Origin: Longimicrobiales bacterium
GTDB taxonomy: Bacteria > Gemmatimonadota > Gemmatimonadetes > Longimicrobiales > Gaopeijiaceae
DNA: 64,000 nucleotides
Assembly (NCBI GenBank): GCA_965238005.1
Contig: OZ250165.1
Location: 256,001 to 320,000, forward strand
Direction of reading: 5' to 3'
The notes beneath the pieces are model-generated. The model worked only from the letters and a program-made list of their open reading frames with translations, was not told the origin of the DNA and searched no databases. Shown in pieces: positions 59,940 through 64,000 of this stretch (the stretch's first letter is position 1; every line of letters starts with the position of its first letter). A program made the translations under genes and the position numbers.

Positions 59940-62210
59940 ATGCCATCGAGAAGATGCGGATGTCGACTGATACTCGCAGCGTTTTTCTGCAGCGTAGTGG
60001 TCGCGCCTCTCTACGGCCAGGTGCCGGCGGCGCTTCAAGATCGGTTGGAGCGGATCTTCGACAGCGAAGATTTCTCATCCGCAAGCTTTGGCCCGGCGCG
60101 GTGGCTGGACGATGGCGACGCCTATACGACGGTCGAGCCGTCCGAGACCGTCGAGGACGCGCACGACATCGTGCGTTATGACACCGAGACCGGCACACGG
60201 CAGGTGCTCGTATCGGCTAGCGCGCTTCTCCCGCCGGACGCGGCACGACCACTCGAGATCGACGGCTACGAGTGGTCAGAAGATCGCGCACGGCTGCTCG
60301 TGTTCACCAACACCGTCCGCGTTTGGCGGCGGAACACGCGCGGCGACTACTGGGTCCTCGATGTCGCGAGCGGCGCGCTCCGGAAGCTCGGTGGGGTAGC
60401 CCCGCCCTCCTCACTCATGTTCGCCAAGTTCTCGCCCGACGGAACGCGGGTCGCCTATGTCGTGGCCAACAACTTGTATGTCGAGAATGTGGCGACCGGT
60501 TCGGTCACGCCGCTGAGCGAGAGCGGCTCGCCGACGATGATTTTCGGCACGTCGGACTGGGTCTACGAAGAGGAGTTCGGGCTTCGCGACGCCTTTCGGT
60601 GGAGCCCCGACGGCAAACGCATCGCCTTTTGGAATTTCGACGCCGAAGGCATCGGCGAGTTCACTATCATTAATAATACCGACGAGCTCTACCCGAGCTT
60701 GCTGCGCATTCCCTACCCCAAAGCGGGGACGACCAACTCCGCCGTGCGCATTGGGGTCGTGAGCGCGGAGGGCGGTGAGATGGCGTGGATGAAGGTGCCG
60801 GGCGATCCGCGCAACAGCTATGTGGCCAAGATGGAGTGGGCCGATGAGAACCACCTCGTCCTTCAGCATTTGAATCGCCTTCAGAACACGAACGAGGTGC
60901 TGCTCGCCGACGCGACGACCGGTGACGTCGTCCTCATCCATGAGGATCGCAACGACACTTGGGTCGAGGTCGTCCAGCGCATGGATTGGACCGCAGACGG
61001 TGAAGAGCTCGTGTGGCTCAGCGAAAAAAGCGGTTTTCGTCAGGCCTACGCTGTTCGCCGAGAAGTCGGGGCGGAGCGGCTCATCACGCGCTTCGAAGGT
61101 GATGTGATCCGACCGCTGGGGCTCGACTCGGCCGGAGAGTGGTTCTTTTTCATCGCATCGCCCGAGAGCGCGACCGAGAGCTATCTGTTTCGCTCGAGCA
61201 TCGAAGGCGGAGCACCTCCGGAGCGGCTGACGCCGCGCGACGAGACCGGGACCCACGGCTACGATCTGTCGCCGAACGGCCGATGGGCGTTTCATACGTT
61301 CTCGAGCTTCGACGAGCCACCCCGGATCGATCTCGTTCGACTTCCCGATCACACCTCCATGAGAACCCTCGAAGACAATGCGGCCCTGCGAGCGGCGCTC
61401 GAGGGTGTTCTCGACCCGCCCGTCTCGATGTTCGAGCTCGAGATCGAACCGGGCGTCACGCTCGATGCGTGGATACTCAAACCCGCCGATTTCGACGCCA
61501 GCAAGCAATACCCGCTCCTCGTCTACGTCTACGGCGAGCCCGCGGGGCAAACCGTTCTCAATCGATGGTTTGGCGCCCGCTCCTTGTTCCATCGCGCGCT
61601 CGCCAATGCCGGCTTCATCGTGGCGAGCTTCGACAACCGTGGGACCCCCGCCGCAAAAGGCGTGGCGTGGCGCAAGATCGTCTACGGGACCGTGGGAGAT
61701 CTTTCGTCGAGAGAGCAAGCCGCCGCGGTCCAGGCGCTCGTCAAGCAACGCTCCTACATCGACGGGAGCCGCGTCGCTATCTGGGGGTGGAGCGGCGGCG
61801 GGTCGAACACCTTGAACGCGATGTTCCGCTTCCCCGACATCTTCCACGTCGGCATCTCGGTTGCACCCGTGCCCGATCAAAGGCTCTATGACACGATCTA
61901 TCAAGAGCGTTATATGGGGCTCCCGCAAGAAAACGCCGAAGGCTACCGCCTAGGCTCGCCCATCTATTTCGCTGAAGGCCTGAAAGGCAAACTCCTGATC
62001 GTTCACGGCACGGCGGACGACAACGTGCACTATCAAGGAACGGAGCGACTCGTGAACCGGTTCGTCGAGCTCGGAAAGCCGTTCGATCTCATGGTCTACC
62101 CCAACCGATCGCATGCTATCAGCGAGGGCGACGGTACGACGCTCCACATCTACAGCCTCATCGCGCGCTACTTGCTCCAAACGGGGTGGCTGGATTCGAG
62201 CGACGGATAA
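59940..62210 (+). CDS. S9 family dipeptidyl peptidase IV-like protein
   Basis: AGGAGG RBS, signal peptide; DWVYEEE, GWSGGG, DDNVH and YPNRSH motifs. Confidence 0.95.
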   Translation: MPSRRCGCRLILAAFFCSVVVAPLYGQVPAALQDRLERIFDSEDFSSASFGPARWLDDGDAYTTVEPSETVEDAHDIVRYDTETGTRQVLVSASALLPPDAARPLEIDGYEWSEDRARLLVFTNTVRVWRRNTRGDYWVLDVASGALRKLGGVAPPSSLMFAKFSPDGTRVAYVVANNLYVENVATGSVTPLSESGSPTMIFGTSDWVYEEEFGLRDAFRWSPDGKRIAFWNFDAEGIGEFTIINNTDELYPSLLRIPYPKAGTTNSAVRIGVVSAEGGEMAWMKVPGDPRNSYVAKMEWADENHLVLQHLNRLQNTNEVLLADATTGDVVLIHEDRNDTWVEVVQRMDWTADGEELVWLSEKSGFRQAYAVRREVGAERLITRFEGDVIRPLGLDSAGEWFFFIASPESATESYLFRSSIEGGAPPERLTPRDETGTHGYDLSPNGRWAFHTFSSFDEPPRIDLVRLPDHTSMRTLEDNAALRAALEGVLDPPVSMFELEIEPGVTLDAWILKPADFDASKQYPLLVYVYGEPAGQTVLNRWFGARSLFHRALANAGFIVASFDNRGTPAAKGVAWRKIVYGTVGDLSSREQAAAVQALVKQRSYIDGSRVAIWGWSGGGSNTLNAMFRFPDIFHVGISVAPVPDQRLYDTIYQERYMGLPQENAEGYRLGSPIYFAEGLKGKLLIVHGTADDNVHYQGTERLVNRFVELGKPFDLMVYPNRSHAISEGDGTTLHIYSLIARYLLQTGWLDSSDG

Positions 62211-62221
62211 AGGAATTCTGT

Positions 62222-62304
62222 CGAGATTCTCGCCCCTATCGGAGCTGGAGGCATGGGTGAGGTCTACCGAGCCCGGATACGAAGCTCAAGCGGGAGGTGG
62301 CGGG
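62222..62304 (+). pseudogene. Ser/Thr kinase Gly-loop remnant
   Basis: EILAPIGAGGMGEVYRAR/DTKLKREVA with a 1-nt frameshift. Confidence 0.7.
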
Positions 62305-62542
62305 CTCCGCCCCAGGGCATCTTCGGGTTCGATCAGACCGATGGGTTCGACCCCGCCGATCCGGAACCCATTCCCGACCACGCTTCGCGCGGTGCCCTCG
62401 AGTTCGATCAGTCGCTGCCAGACTGAGAGCACACCCCCATGCCTCTGTCCCTCCGGTTTGAGGGTCCACCCCGCTCACCCGTCGCCGCCCATCCACACAT
62501 GCGTTCCTCCCATTCGAGCATCGCGAATGCCCGAGCGCACGC
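62305..62542 (+). mobile_element. IS91/ISCR-like remnant 4 (transposase C-terminus plus 3' region)
   Basis: FDQTDGFDPADPEPIPD...EFDQSLPD*, followed by the block shared with remnant 2. Confidence 0.65.
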
Positions 62543-62955
62543 GTCACAAGGAACAATCGATGCGTGCAAGTCTGAAGCGACTCATACGCCTGCACCGCCT
62601 ACTACTCGCCCTCATCGCCGTGGCCGCAGCTTGTCAGCCCCGCACGAGTCGGGTAGCGACGTAGACCAGCAGGACGCCCACGAGAGCGTTCACCCTCCCG
62701 AGCCAGACTGCGGTGGGCAGCGAGAGGAAGGCGCTCAACACGAGCGCCTTCGGGAAGTGTCTAATCAACGGCATCGGTCGAGTCGCCTGCGGTCGGAGGT
62801 GTCATACGGGAGGAAATCCTATTAGCCCTAGGGACTAGGAGGACAAGGATGGCATGGCGAGTGATCTCTAACACGTCTTGGGCACGCCCAGGAATGATCA
62901 TCGAGTTCATCGTGACGATGGGGCACCATCAACGACGCATTCATCGGAGGGATTG

Positions 62956-63554
62956 ATGAGGGTCTTGGTTGTGGGAGCATCGGGGACTATCGGCCGCGCG
63001 ATCGTCGCGGAGCTAGGGCAGCGTCATGAGGTCATCGCGGCCGGGCGATCGTCCGGTGAGTTGCAGACGGACATCACTGACCGCACGGCGATTCGGACGA
63101 TGTTCGAGAGGGCCGGGTCGGTTGATGCTCTCGTCTCCGCTACCGGAAAGGTCAAGTTCGCTCCGTTCGAAAACATGGTGGCGGAAGACTACGAGATCGG
63201 CTTGAAGGACAAGCTCATGGGACAGATCAATCTCGTTCTGATCGGTCGCGACTACCTGTCGGACGGGGGTCGTTCACGCTCACGACCGGCGTTCTCGACA
63301 GCGATCCGATTCGGCAGGGCACATCAGCCTCAATGGTGAATGGCGCGATCAACGCGTTCGTCGCAGCAGCAGCAATCGAGATGCCGCGAGGGCAACGCAT
63401 CAACGTCGTGAGTCCGGGAGTTATCGAAGAGGCGATGGAGATCTACACCCCGTTCTTCCGAGGCTTTGAGCCTGTCCCGGCGGCTCGTGGCGCGCTTGCG
63501 TACGCCAAGAGTGTCGAGGGCGCTCAAACTGGCCGGGTGTATCGTGTGCTCTAG
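62956..63554 (+). pseudogene. Short-chain dehydrogenase, frameshifted at a G-run near 63265
   Basis: MRVLVVGASGTIG...KLMGQINLV, then NGAINAFV...RINVVSPG in another frame. Confidence 0.85.
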
Positions 63555-63749
63555 AGGCCCGGACGGATCTCGCCGCCATTCACGCGTAATTTCCGGGATA
63601 CAGGGCACCGCCGCATCGACCCGATCTGCAGCACCGGTGACTTGGCAGCATCCTCGTCGACGGGCGCACATCCCGACTAAGTGATGACACGCTAGGTAGG
63701 GGACCAAGTGGGCACATCCACTCTGAGCAGTTATATCGTCAACCAACGG

Positions 63750-64000
63750 TCACGCGCAGCAACATCCCAGCAGCCCACAAGTTTGAAACACAAGCGTATC
63801 GGGGCTTAGTTCCAGGGCGGGATCATCCCTTTCCGCGTAAGGAGGAAACGACCCCGTGCCACCCGCAACGATCGGTGGGATAGGCCAACCTTCCGCAACC
63901 AACTGGTCACGGAAACCGATCGTTTGATTCCAACATTCATCCACCGCCACTCGTTGACATCGATTTAGTGGTTTTGTCCGTCGTAAACGTGCAAGCCACC
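63750..64000 (-). pseudogene. D-threonine aldolase/alanine racemase-like PLP enzyme fragment
   Basis: IVAGGTGSFP...LELSPDTLVF; truncated downstream and open at the window edge. Confidence 0.55.

Overview
High-GC bacterial window. The gene content (ADOP permease fragments, S9/S8 peptidases, a VPS10/BNR hydrolase, amidohydrolase, sulfatase) suggests Gemmatimonadota or an Acidobacteriota-like organism; this is inference. It is mostly accessory, heavily eroded DNA. (1) 1-11.9 kb: a decaying surface-glycan modification cluster (SGNH, carbamoyltransferase, methyltransferases, deacetylase) with an IS1182 insertion. (2) 12.4-21.6 kb: a defence island 3' of tRNA-Ala (NucS-like nuclease, PD-(D/E)XK nuclease, SIR2-like protein, HTH protein, short pAgo + DUF4365-APAZ, trypsin-like protease), cut into modules by four copies of a conserved non-coding repeat. 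(3) 21.8-38.3 kb: a truncated tyrosine integrase, two IS3-family copies, tRNA-Lys and tRNA-Pro att remnants, and secreted-hydrolase genes separated by a second repeat family containing XerC/D dif-like sites. Solitary attC-like sites also occur. (4) 38.5-64 kb: a DUF3179 UxxC selenoprotein candidate, divergent ilvB / ilvN-ilvC, D-amino acid oxidase, PhoX, S9 peptidase, four fragments of one IS91/ISCR-like element, and many gene remnants. The best candidates for something undescribed are the dif-bearing repeat-delimited hydrolase array and the repeat-delimited defence module array. All calls come from reading the sequence and translations by eye; no searches were run.
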